This document shows positions 11,055 through 21,992 of a stretch of DNA of 33,170 nucleotides, one piece after another; position 1 is the stretch's first letter; each line of letters opens with the position of its first letter. The DNA comes from a bacterium (GTDB lineage Bacteria; Desulfobacterota; DSWW01): contig JBFLZG010000079.1 of assembly GCA_040756235.1 (NCBI GenBank), forward strand, positions 1 to 33,170, written 5' to 3'. The notes under the pieces were generated by a model. It was not told the origin of the DNA and searched no databases. It saw only the letters and a program-made list of their open reading frames with translations. Made by a program: the position numbers and the translations under genes.

Positions 11055-13408
11055 TCCAGGAGCCTCCCTGCTGCCTGTTTCGTGCCTTCTCCAAGCTCGG
11101 TGTAGGGTCCGGCACAGGACGGGCACCCTTCTTTACAGCCGCAGCGTCGGATCAGGGACCGAGTACCCTCGAGCAACTCGACACGGAGGCTGAACAGCGA
11201 GGCACTCAGGCCCACGCCTCCCGGATAAGAATCATAGAGGAACAACGTCGGCTGGAACCCCTCGACCTGAGAAGCATCCTCCCCTGGCCAACTCGCGGAG
11301 CCCGGAAAGGCCATTCCACCCTGGCGCCCCCGGGGGAACCAGTCCAGGTACGGATCTCCAATGCACCTTCCGAGATCCCGCGGTTCGCACATGAGCAGAA
11401 AGGAGGCCATGTGTTGCATCGCGTATCCCACGCCTGCAAGGGCATGCAGGAGCTGAGGGACCGAAAGACCGATCTCCTCGAAATCTTCTGAGCTCACCGT
11501 GATCCAGAAAGCTGTCGTGTGCATTTCCTGATCGGGGAGGGATATCTCGCCGTAGCCGAGGTTCTCCATGGTGTAGAACTTGAGCTTCTTGAAACCGGCA
11601 ACGTGATTCAAGACATGGACTTCGCCCTCATGGAAACCCGCTCTGCCCTTCTCGCGGTTCCGGGGCTCGGAGGAAAAGACGTCCAGAATCTTGATGTTAG
11701 TGTAGCTGATCGCCTCGGTGAAGTAGTCCACCGTCTCCGGCCGGACAAAGGCCCTCCGGTTCTTGAAATCGAGATCTTCGACTCTGTACTGGACGCTCTC
11801 GACCATGTAGATGGCGCCGGGGTAGATGGTCATGGGAGCGCTCTCGAAATCGACCTCGGCCACCGCCCGGTTCCCGCAGGATCGATCGAGGACGAGAAAA
11901 TTCTCGGAGGAGATGGTGCGCAGGGAAACCTGATCGGCCGGATACGCTTCCTCGGCCCAGTACCAGCGGTTTTCCAGTTTGCTCAGGATCTTGTTCTCGG
12001 CAAGGACGTCCAGGATGGCTTCGAGATCCGGGCCGCCGAAGTCTTCCCCTTTCTGGAAAGGCAGCTCAAACGCCGCGCACTTGATGTGGCTCAGCCGAAC
12101 GGAAAGGTTCTCCGGATTGAGACGGGCGTGCTCCGGAGAACGGCCGAAGAAATAATCCGGATGCTGCACGATGAACTGGTCCAGGGGGCTGCTCCTGGCC
12201 ACGACCATGGCGCAGGATTGGCCCATCCTGCGGCCCGCCCGTCCCGCTTGCTGCCAGGTGCTCGCAATCGATCCCGGGTAGCCGCACAGGATGCTTGTTT
12301 CCAGCGTCCCGATGTCCACACCGAGCTCGAGCGCGTTCGTGCTGACCACTCCCTTGATATCACCAGCGCGCAGGCCCTTTTCGATTTCCCTCCTTAAATC
12401 AGGAAGATAACCTCCGCGGTAGCCACGGATCAGCCTCTCATTGGCAGGGCCTGACTTGCGGAAAGCGTCTTTGAGGTACTTCGTCAGCACTTCCACCGAC
12501 AGGCGGCTCGTGGTGAACAGGATCGTGGAGATGCCCTTGCGAAGGAACTGGACCGCAATCCACTGCGCCATGGACTGCGCGCTCTCCCGCAGTCCGATCT
12601 CTTTCTGGACGACGGGCGGATTGACGAAGTAGAACTTCTTCTCCCCTGTCGGAGCGCCGCTTCGACGGATCACACCTACGGGCCGGCCGAGCAGCTTCTC
12701 CGCCAATTCCTCCGGGTTGGCAATGGTCGCCGAGCAGAAAAGGAACCGGGGCGCGGACCCGTAATGGCGGCAAATCCTGAGAAGCCTGCGGATCACATGG
12801 ACCATGTGGCTTCCGAAGACACCTCGGTAACTGTGCATCTCATCGATGATGACGAAGGCCAGGGTGGAGAAGAAAACATTCCACTTGGTGTGGTGGGGCA
12901 GGATGCCGGTGTGCAGCATGTCCGGGTTGGTGAGAACGATGTGCCCCCTCTTGCGGATGATGCTCCGCACCTGGGAAGGCGTGTCGCCGTCGTAGGTATG
13001 GACCTTGTGGCCGCTATCCAGGGCCTCGATCAGACTCTGGAGTTCGGCGTGCTGATCCTGCGCCAGCGCCTTGGTGGGAAAGAGGTATATCGCCCGCTTG
13101 GCGGGTTCTCTCAGGAGCGTGTCCAGGACCGGGAGGTTGTAGCAGAGGGTCTTGCCCGACGCGGTGGGCGTCACGACGACCAGGTCCTCACCCTCGCGGA
13201 CCCTTCGAAAGGCCTCTGCCTGATGGGAGTACAGCCGTGAGATCCCTCGATCGGCCAGGACCTTCCGCACCGAGGGCGACAGATCTAGAGGAAAATCGCA
13301 GTATTCGCCGAGCTGAGGGGGAAGCGTCTTGACGGCAGCGATGCACGGTTTGAACCGGGGTGACGTTTCGAGGTGGTCCAGTGTCCTGGACAGCTCATTA
13401 TCCTTCAT
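11030..13408 (-). CDS. yprA: YprA/MrfA/Hrq1-like DEAH-box helicase with C-terminal DUF1998 Cys4 domain
   Basis: TPTASGKT, DEMH, SAT, TNALELGVDIG, QQAGRAGRR; Cys in MCEPRD plus CGCKEGCPSC; start at ATG 13408 after AGAGGGAGA (792 aa). Confidence 0.93.
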   Translation of the reverse strand: MKDNELSRTLDHLETSPRFKPCIAAVKTLPPQLGEYCDFPLDLSPSVRKVLADRGISRLYSHQAEAFRRVREGEDLVVVTPTASGKTLCYNLPVLDTLLREPAKRAIYLFPTKALAQDQHAELQSLIEALDSGHKVHTYDGDTPSQVRSIIRKRGHIVLTNPDMLHTGILPHHTKWNVFFSTLAFVIIDEMHSYRGVFGSHMVHVIRRLLRICRHYGSAPRFLFCSATIANPEELAEKLLGRPVGVIRRSGAPTGEKKFYFVNPPVVQKEIGLRESAQSMAQWIAVQFLRKGISTILFTTSRLSVEVLTKYLKDAFRKSGPANERLIRGYRGGYLPDLRREIEKGLRAGDIKGVVSTNALELGVDIGTLETSILCGYPGSIASTWQQAGRAGRRMGQSCAMVVARSSPLDQFIVQHPDYFFGRSPEHARLNPENLSVRLSHIKCAAFELPFQKGEDFGGPDLEAILDVLAENKILSKLENRWYWAEEAYPADQVSLRTISSENFLVLDRSCGNRAVAEVDFESAPMTIYPGAIYMVESVQYRVEDLDFKNRRAFVRPETVDYFTEAISYTNIKILDVFSSEPRNREKGRAGFHEGEVHVLNHVAGFKKLKFYTMENLGYGEISLPDQEMHTTAFWITVSSEDFEEIGLSVPQLLHALAGVGYAMQHMASFLLMCEPRDLGRCIGDPYLDWFPRGRQGGMAFPGSASWPGEDASQVEGFQPTLFLYDSYPGGVGLSASLFSLRVELLEGTRSLIRRCGCKEGCPSCAGPYTELGEGTKQAAGRLLDWMISGTG

Positions 13409-13419
13409 TCTCCCTCTGT

Positions 13420-13455
13420 GCGGCTCTCGACAAATGCCCATCTGCGGAGTTGTGC
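13420..13455 (-). repeat. Partial inverted copy of the repeat's right end
   Basis: - strand GCACAACTCCGCAGATGGGCATTTGTCGAGAGCCGC resembles the family right end GCGCAACGCCGCAGATGGGCATTTATGGACAGCCTC. Confidence 0.75.
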
Positions 13456-13495
13456 GGGAGGCTTCTCGAGCGGAGGGCCCCTGCTCCCCTCCTCC

Positions 13496-13647
13496 GAGCC
13501 TGTCCCAACAGGCCTCGATTCAGAGGCTGTTCAAAAATACCCAGATGCCAGGCGCAAGTGGACCCCGGCCTTCGCCGGGGCAGGCTCCCCCTGCCTCCAT
13601 TCGCCATGAGTGCAACGCCGCAGATGGGCGTTTTGGGACAGCCTCTA
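13496..13647 (+). repeat. Structured repeat copy 4 with nested CCCCGGC-CTTC-GCCGGGG module
   Basis: Leader GAGCCTGTCCCAACAGGCCTC (13496-13516); core 13523-13645 with inverted ends; module at 13561-13605; terminal CTA (13645-13647) is the gyrA stop. Confidence 0.9.
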
Positions 13648-16080
13648 CTCCTGTGAGTACTCCTTGTCCTCAAGTTTCGCCATGCTCACGACCTTCTCTC
13701 CTTCCTCGAGGACAATGAGCCGAACCCCTTTCGTGTTCCTTCCGATCACGGGAACCCCGGAGGCCTTGATCCGGATGATCTTCCCCGTATTCGAGATGAT
13801 CATCAGCTCATCATCGTCCGTGACCTGCTTCATCCCGACCACCATGCCGTTCCTCGCGTCGGTCTTGATGGTGATGAGGCCCTGGCCTCCCCGCGCCTGG
13901 ACCCTGTACTCCTCGGTCCGGGTTCTCTTCCCGTAGCCGTTCTCCGTCACGGTCAGCAGAGTGGCTCCCGGGTCCACGACCTCCATCCCGACCACCTCGT
14001 CGCCGGTGCGGAGCCGGATGCCCGTTACCCCGCGGGTGACCCTGCCCATGTCGCGGACGCCCTTCTCCGAGAAACGGATCAGAATTCCATGTCTACTCAA
14101 CATAACTATGTCTTTTTCGCCATCGGTGACTTCTACGCTCACCAGATGGTCGCCCGGATCCAGCCTGACTGCAATGATTCCGCCGGCGCGGGGGCGGCTG
14201 TAGTCCGAAAGGGGGGACTTCTTGATGATCCCTTTCTTCGTAGCCATGACGATGAACTGGTTTTCCTGGAAGACCCGGACCGCCAGGGAGGCCCGGATGG
14301 TTTCGCTTTCCAGCAGATTCACCATGTTGACGATCGGTCTCCCCTTGGACATCCTGCCTGCCTGCGGGATCTCATGGACCTTGAGCCAGTACACTCTGCC
14401 CTCGGAGGTGAAGACCAGCAGATAGCTGTGTGTGGAAGCTACGAACAGCTTGGTGACGAAATCATCCTCCTTGGTCCCCATGCCGGTCTTGCCCTTGCCT
14501 CCGCGCAGCTGGGCCCGATAGAGGCTGACCGGGTTCCTCTTGATATAGCCCGTGTTGGAGATCGTCACGACCATGTCTTCTTCCACGATGAGATCCTCCG
14601 CTTCGATCTCATCGGTCTCCTCCCGGATTTCAGTCCTCCTGGCGTCGCTGTATTGCGTTTTGACCGCCTCCAGCTCCTCCTGGATGATCCTGTAAATGAG
14701 TCTCTCATTGCTCAGGATCTCCCTGAGGCGGGCAATTTCCTTGATGAGGTCGCCGTACTCGCCCACGATTTTCTCCCGCTCGAGCCCGGTCAACCTCTGT
14801 AGACGCATCTCCAGGATGGCCTGGGCCTGCGCGGCCGACAGGGAGAATCGCTCCATGAGCTGACTCCGGGCGTGCTCGGTCTTGTAGGACGCCCGGATGA
14901 GTGCGATCACCTCGTCCAGGTGATCGAGGGCGATCCGAAGGCCTTCCAGAATATGGGCTCTCTCCTCCGCCTTTTTGAGGTCGAACATACAGCGCCGGGT
15001 GACCACCCCTTTTCGAAAGTTCAGAAAGTGCTCCATCAGCTCCTTCAGGGAAAGGACCCGAGGCTGCTGGTTCACGAGCGCCAGATTGATGACGCCAAAA
15101 GACATCTCCATCGGGGTATGCTTGTAGATCTGGCGGACCAGGACCTCCGCCTGAACGTCCCTCTTCAACTCCACGACGATACGAATTCCGTCCTTGTCCG
15201 ACTCGTCTCTGAGATCGTGAATCCCCTCGATCTTGCGCTCGTGGACGAGCTCGGCGATCTTCTCGACGAGCTTGGCCTTGTTCACCGTGAACGGGATCTC
15301 GGTGAACACAATGCTCTCCCGCTCGGTCTTGGCGTTGCGTTCTATCAGGGATCGGCCGCGCACCCGGATGATCCCCTTCCCTGTCGCGTAAGCGTCTCGG
15401 ATTCCCCGTTTCCCGTATATGATCCCGTGGGTCGGAAAGTCCGGCCCCGGGATGAAGGCCATCAGCTCTTCCAGGGTGATATCCGGATTCTGGATGAGGG
15501 CGTTCAGGCCGTCCACGACCTCGCCCAGATTGTGCGGCGGCATGTTGGTGGCCATCCCTACCGCGATGCCCGAAGACCCGTTCAGGAGCAGTTGAGGGAT
15601 CTTGGTAGGAAGGACGATGGGCTCCTGGATGGATTCGTCGTAGTTCGGCCTGAACTCCACCGTCTCCTTCTCGATGTCCTCGAGCAGCTCGCTCGCAATC
15701 CTCTCCATGCGGATCTCGGTGTACCGCATGGCGGCTGCAGGGTCGCCGTCCAGGGAACCGAAGTTGCCCTGTCCGTCGACCAGCGGGTACCGCATCGAGA
15801 AGTCCTGTGCCAGGCGCACGATCGTATCGTAGACAGACGCCTCTCCATGGGGATGATATTTACCAATGACGTCTCCGACGATTCTCGCGCTCTTTCGATA
15901 GGCCCGGTTCCAGACGTTGCGCTGTTCGTACATGGAGAACAGGACCCGCCGGTGCACCGGCTTCAAGCCGTCCCTAGCGTCTGGAAGCGCCCGCCCCACG
16001 ATGACACTCATGGAGTAGTCGAGATAGCTCCGGCGCATCTCCTCTTCGATTCTTACCGGCACCCTTTTCGCTTCCACCAA
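13645..16080 (-). CDS. gyrA: DNA gyrase subunit A
   Basis: RALPDARDGLKPVHRR, GKYHPHG, AAMRYTE (catalytic Tyr), GyrA-box QLRGGKG, C-terminal pinwheel repeats. Confidence 0.99.
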   Translation of the reverse strand: MVEAKRVPVRIEEEMRRSYLDYSMSVIVGRALPDARDGLKPVHRRVLFSMYEQRNVWNRAYRKSARIVGDVIGKYHPHGEASVYDTIVRLAQDFSMRYPLVDGQGNFGSLDGDPAAAMRYTEIRMERIASELLEDIEKETVEFRPNYDESIQEPIVLPTKIPQLLLNGSSGIAVGMATNMPPHNLGEVVDGLNALIQNPDITLEELMAFIPGPDFPTHGIIYGKRGIRDAYATGKGIIRVRGRSLIERNAKTERESIVFTEIPFTVNKAKLVEKIAELVHERKIEGIHDLRDESDKDGIRIVVELKRDVQAEVLVRQIYKHTPMEMSFGVINLALVNQQPRVLSLKELMEHFLNFRKGVVTRRCMFDLKKAEERAHILEGLRIALDHLDEVIALIRASYKTEHARSQLMERFSLSAAQAQAILEMRLQRLTGLEREKIVGEYGDLIKEIARLREILSNERLIYRIIQEELEAVKTQYSDARRTEIREETDEIEAEDLIVEEDMVVTISNTGYIKRNPVSLYRAQLRGGKGKTGMGTKEDDFVTKLFVASTHSYLLVFTSEGRVYWLKVHEIPQAGRMSKGRPIVNMVNLLESETIRASLAVRVFQENQFIVMATKKGIIKKSPLSDYSRPRAGGIIAVRLDPGDHLVSVEVTDGEKDIVMLSRHGILIRFSEKGVRDMGRVTRGVTGIRLRTGDEVVGMEVVDPGATLLTVTENGYGKRTRTEEYRVQARGGQGLITIKTDARNGMVVGMKQVTDDDELMIISNTGKIIRIKASGVPVIGRNTKGVRLIVLEEGEKVVSMAKLEDKEYSQE

Positions 16081-16119
16081 GGGACCTCCGCTCTCTATCC
16101 GGGAGCTTTGGGAATAACT

Positions 16120-18654
<2,535 letters not shown>

Positions 18655-18690
18655 CTAAGTCAAGCATTTATAGTAACTTAGAATTTTTAT

Positions 18691-18720
18691 ATTATATCAA
18701 GACGAGGCCGTGCATGTAAA
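18691..18720 (-). promoter_or_regulatory. Sigma70-type promoter upstream of gyrB
   Basis: TTTACA-N18-TATAAT with TG extended -10, followed by an AT-rich tract in a GC-rich background. Confidence 0.7.
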
Positions 18721-18818
18721 GGGGAATCACGCTACAAAATGTATGCGCAAGGATGGGTTCCACAAGATGTTGCGGTATGCGGAAGGGTGGAAGCTACGAA
18801 CGATCGGGGTCGGGAAGA

Positions 18819-19955
18819 TCACAGCCGGAGAGGCATCACGACGTAGAGAAACTGGGGGTCCGTCTCCTCCCGAATCAGACAAGGCTTCAAGCCTTTGCCG
18901 AAGTCCAGAGATATCGTACCCGTAGCGATCTCCAGGATGTCCAGGAGGTAGCGGAAGTTGAAAGCCGCTTCAAACGATTCACCGCTGTACTGGATGTCCA
19001 CCTCCTCCTGTGCCTCCCCGATCTCGGGGCTGTTCGAGAAGATGGTCATCTTTCCAGACTCCACGGCTAGGCGCACCCCGCGAGCCTTCTCGGTCGACAA
19101 AACGGAGACCCTTCGAAGGGACTGCTCCAGTGCGGATGCTTCGACGCTGAACGATCTCTCGATCTGACCCGGTATCACCGACCGATAGTCCGGGAACTTG
19201 CCCTGAATCAGACGCATCATCATGAAGAACTTGTCCCTCCTCAGGAAGGCATTCTCCTGGTACACGCCGAATTCGATGTCCTGGCCGTCTTCTTCCACCA
19301 GCCTTCCCATCTCCAGAATTCCTTTTCTGGGAAGAATCACGTGCCGCGGGTCCAGCTCGGATCCCTTGGTCAACTCCTCGATGCACTCGGTGTTCTCCAG
19401 GACACGCTCACACAGAGACAGGCGATGGCCGTCCGTGGTGATCATCCGGAACAGAGTCTTCTCCTCCTTCCTCTCCATCTGAAGAAGAGCCCCTGTGAGC
19501 GTGTACCTGGACTCGTCGCCGGACACGGAATGGATGATCCTTCGAATCATGTCCCTGACCAGAGCACCGGGCAAATGAATGGACCTCGAGCTCTTGACAG
19601 GCGGTACCTGGGGAAATTCCTCGGGAGGGAGGCAACGAAGGCGAAATCGGCTTCGGCCGCAGCGGATTTCCAATTGCCCCTGCTTGAGGCCGAGGTGGAT
19701 TTGCTCCTCCGGTAACTCTCTGATGATTTCGAACAGCTTCCGTGCATGGACCGTGGTCGAGCCGTCCTGCAGTACCGATGCTTCACAGGACTCGATGACC
19801 CCGACCTCCAAGTCCGTGGAGGAAAGCTCGAGGGCTCCCGCGCGGGCATCCAGAAGGATATGAGACAGAATGGGCAACGTGGTCTTCTTTTCCACGATGT
19901 TCTGAGCTCGCTGCAGACCGACCAGAAGAGGACTCTTGCCTATTTTCAGTTCCAT
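18819..19955 (-). CDS. dnaN: DNA polymerase III beta sliding clamp
   Basis: TLPILSHILL, STDLEV, TDGHRL, GKFPDYRSVIP, AFNFRYLLD, YVVMPLRL; start set at ATG 19955 (378 aa). Confidence 0.97.
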   Translation of the reverse strand: MELKIGKSPLLVGLQRAQNIVEKKTTLPILSHILLDARAGALELSSTDLEVGVIESCEASVLQDGSTTVHARKLFEIIRELPEEQIHLGLKQGQLEIRCGRSRFRLRCLPPEEFPQVPPVKSSRSIHLPGALVRDMIRRIIHSVSGDESRYTLTGALLQMERKEEKTLFRMITTDGHRLSLCERVLENTECIEELTKGSELDPRHVILPRKGILEMGRLVEEDGQDIEFGVYQENAFLRRDKFFMMMRLIQGKFPDYRSVIPGQIERSFSVEASALEQSLRRVSVLSTEKARGVRLAVESGKMTIFSNSPEIGEAQEEVDIQYSGESFEAAFNFRYLLDILEIATGTISLDFGKGLKPCLIREETDPQFLYVVMPLRL

Positions 19956-19983
19956 CGACTCCGCCCTTCTGTTCTCCAAGCAT

Positions 19984-20101
19984 GTATCTGTATTTTGTTC
20001 TTTCTTCTTATTCAGCCTGTCAAATTTGTTGGGAATGACCACAACGGCTTGAATCGCCGCCATTTTTATTTCGCACTGCCCGTGGAAGATCTTGTGAACA
20101 A
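19984..20101 (-). promoter_or_regulatory. Candidate oriC unwinding subregion (degenerate DnaA boxes plus trio-like tract)
   Basis: - strand TTGTTCACA, then tandem box-like TTCCCAACA/AATTTGACA, GGCT, then GAA TAA GAA GAA and an A-rich run just before dnaN. The boxes are degenerate. Confidence 0.45.
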
Positions 20102-20164
20102 ACTCGAGGAGGGAATGAAATCATCGAGTCTCTCACCTCTGACCCAACAGGAATTCACTCGATT

Positions 20165-21181
20165 TCAAGAAAGCGACCTGCGTATGAGCTGAATTTCCTT
20201 CTGGAGATTGGCATCGGTTCTGAGGACATGCTCGATCTTGTTGACGGCGTGAATGACCGTGGAGTGGTCCTTGCCGCCGAAATGGGTGCCGATTTCCGGA
20301 AAAGACTCGCTCGTGAGTTTTCGACAAAGATACATGGCGACCTGCCTCGCCATGGCGATGTCTTTGGCCCTTTTCTGGGATTTGATGTCCGAAGGCTTGA
20401 CCTTGTAGAAGCGGGAGACGGCCTTGATGATATCTTCCGTAGAGGTGAACGTCTGCTGCTCTTCGAGAATGTCTTTCAAGAGACTTCTGCACATCTCGAT
20501 CGAAATGGCAAGATTTGACATGTTGGAATATGCCTTCAGACGCATCAGGGAGCCTTCCAGGATCCGAACGTTCGAGTGAACATGGGAGGCAAGGAACAGG
20601 GACACGTCGCTGGGAAGAGGGATGCCTTCACTTTCAGCCTTCTTGTTCAGGATTGCGACTCGGGTCTCCATATCCGGAGGCTGTATGTCGGCGATCAACC
20701 CCCATTCGAACCGCGAGCGGAGCCTTTCCTCGAGCTCCGGGATGTCCTTCGGAATTTTGTCGCTCGTGAGAACGATCTGCTTCTGAGATTCGTAGAACGA
20801 ATTGAACACGTGGAAGAACTCCTCCTGAGTTCTTTCTTTGCCGGCCATGAACTGAACGTCATCCAGGAGCAGGACGTCCATCGAGCGATACTTGCTCTGG
20901 AATTCGCCGATCTTCTCGTAACGGATCGCGTTGATCAGCTCGTTGATGAAAGTCTCCGCGCTCAAATAGACTTGCACCAAATGCGGCCAGTTCTTCGCGA
21001 TCTGCGCATGGATGGCGTGGAGCAGGTGGGTCTTGCCCAGGCCCACGCCTCCGTATATGAACAGCGGGTTGTACGCCGTACCGGGCTGATTGGCCACGGC
21101 CATGGCCGCAGCGTGGGCAAATTGGTTGGAAAGTCCGACAACAAAGTTCTCGAAAGTATAACGTATCTTAACCGCATCCAT
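20165..21181 (-). CDS. dnaA: Replication initiator DnaA (domains III-IV only, ~338 aa)
   Basis: YTFENFVVG, YNPLFIYGGVGLGKTHLL, LLLDDVQF, RLRSRFEWGL, RQVAMYL, FGGKDHSTVIHA; start at ATG 21181 (alternative GTG 21220); in-frame stop at 21233-21235. Confidence 0.96.
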   Translation of the reverse strand: MDAVKIRYTFENFVVGLSNQFAHAAAMAVANQPGTAYNPLFIYGGVGLGKTHLLHAIHAQIAKNWPHLVQVYLSAETFINELINAIRYEKIGEFQSKYRSMDVLLLDDVQFMAGKERTQEEFFHVFNSFYESQKQIVLTSDKIPKDIPELEERLRSRFEWGLIADIQPPDMETRVAILNKKAESEGIPLPSDVSLFLASHVHSNVRILEGSLMRLKAYSNMSNLAISIEMCRSLLKDILEEQQTFTSTEDIIKAVSRFYKVKPSDIKSQKRAKDIAMARQVAMYLCRKLTSESFPEIGTHFGGKDHSTVIHAVNKIEHVLRTDANLQKEIQLIRRSLS

Positions 21182-21328
21182 CAGGACGCCCCCCCCGGCG
21201 GTGCAGATGGCAGCGCGCACAGAAATATCAAATCATGTTTCTTCTTTTCCAGAATATCCTCTGCCGTTCCTCTGTCCGATACGGATCGATCGCGGGACGG
21301 CGGGCGCTCCTCCCTATGGTGTCTTTTC

Positions 21329-21435
21329 TCATCCACTTATCCACAGATTTTTCAACAATTGTGGATAACTTAAATAGCGTAACTCACGAAGGTAGTTGTA
21401 ATCCATTTCAAAGAAATATATAGGGTATTTAACGG
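21329..21435. promoter_or_regulatory. oriC DnaA-box cluster with adjacent AT-rich tract
   Basis: Perfect TTATCCACA (21337-21345) and TGTGGATAA (21360-21368); degenerate TTTTCAACA (21349-21357) and TCATCCACT (21329-21337); AT-rich flank; gene orientation flips here. Confidence 0.85.
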
Positions 21436-21689
21436 ATGTTGCCGGAAGTCAGAGATTTCTTTGAAAATCGTGCAAGAACGGGGCGGGCCGCAAGAGATTG
21501 CATAGTTAGAAGAACCCATTCTCCAGCACTGTACAGAGAGATCTACAAACGAATATGAACAATATTTATATATTTCAGACCGAATGGAGTCGATTCTTCG
21601 GATCGCAGGGTGGGCTTATTGGTAGCAGAATCCCCCGTTGTTTTCAAGAACTTTTTAGCAGCCTTGCCGGAGCCCGCCCTGCCGGGCGA

Positions 21690-21718
21690 TTTACATTCGC
21701 CTTGCGAACTGCTAATGT
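21690..21718 (+). promoter_or_regulatory. Sigma70-type promoter for the oxidoreductase operon
   Basis: TTTACA-N17-TAATGT with TG extended -10, ~60 bp upstream of the ferredoxin start. Confidence 0.55.
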
Positions 21719-21779
21719 CTCAAATTTGGTTGAGATTTCCGATCCTTGCACCGCAAAGGGAAACAACGGGGGAGCGCTC

Positions 21780-21992
21780 GTGAGGGGCCGAATCAGAATC
21801 AAAGGGGTGCTCTGCAAGAGCTGCGGGCTCTGCATCGAAGCGTGCCCCAAAGGCAACATACGAATATCCAAAAAGATGAACACCAAGAGCTTCTTCCCCG
21901 CGGAATTCGCCAAGGGAGATGAATGTACCGGATGCGGGCTCTGCGCGATCGTCTGCCCGGAAGCGATCATCGAGGTCTATCGTGAAGAATGA
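21780..21992 (+). CDS. 2x[4Fe-4S] ferredoxin, delta subunit of 2-oxoacid:ferredoxin oxidoreductase
   Basis: CKSCGLCIEACP and CTGCGLCAIVCP; GTG start after GGGGGAG; 70 aa. Confidence 0.9.
   Translation: MRGRIRIKGVLCKSCGLCIEACPKGNIRISKKMNTKSFFPAEFAKGDECTGCGLCAIVCPEAIIEVYREE

Noticed and set aside
11030..13408. DISARM/Druantia-type defence system
   Set aside because: No methyltransferase, PLD or other defence partners; pairing with YprB points to the repair-type family.
19956..20063. N-terminal extensions in the ORF track for dnaN (likewise gyrB, parA, rsmG, ferredoxin, beta/gamma subunits, DUF2062)
   Set aside because: Family homology and RBS positions support the downstream starts.
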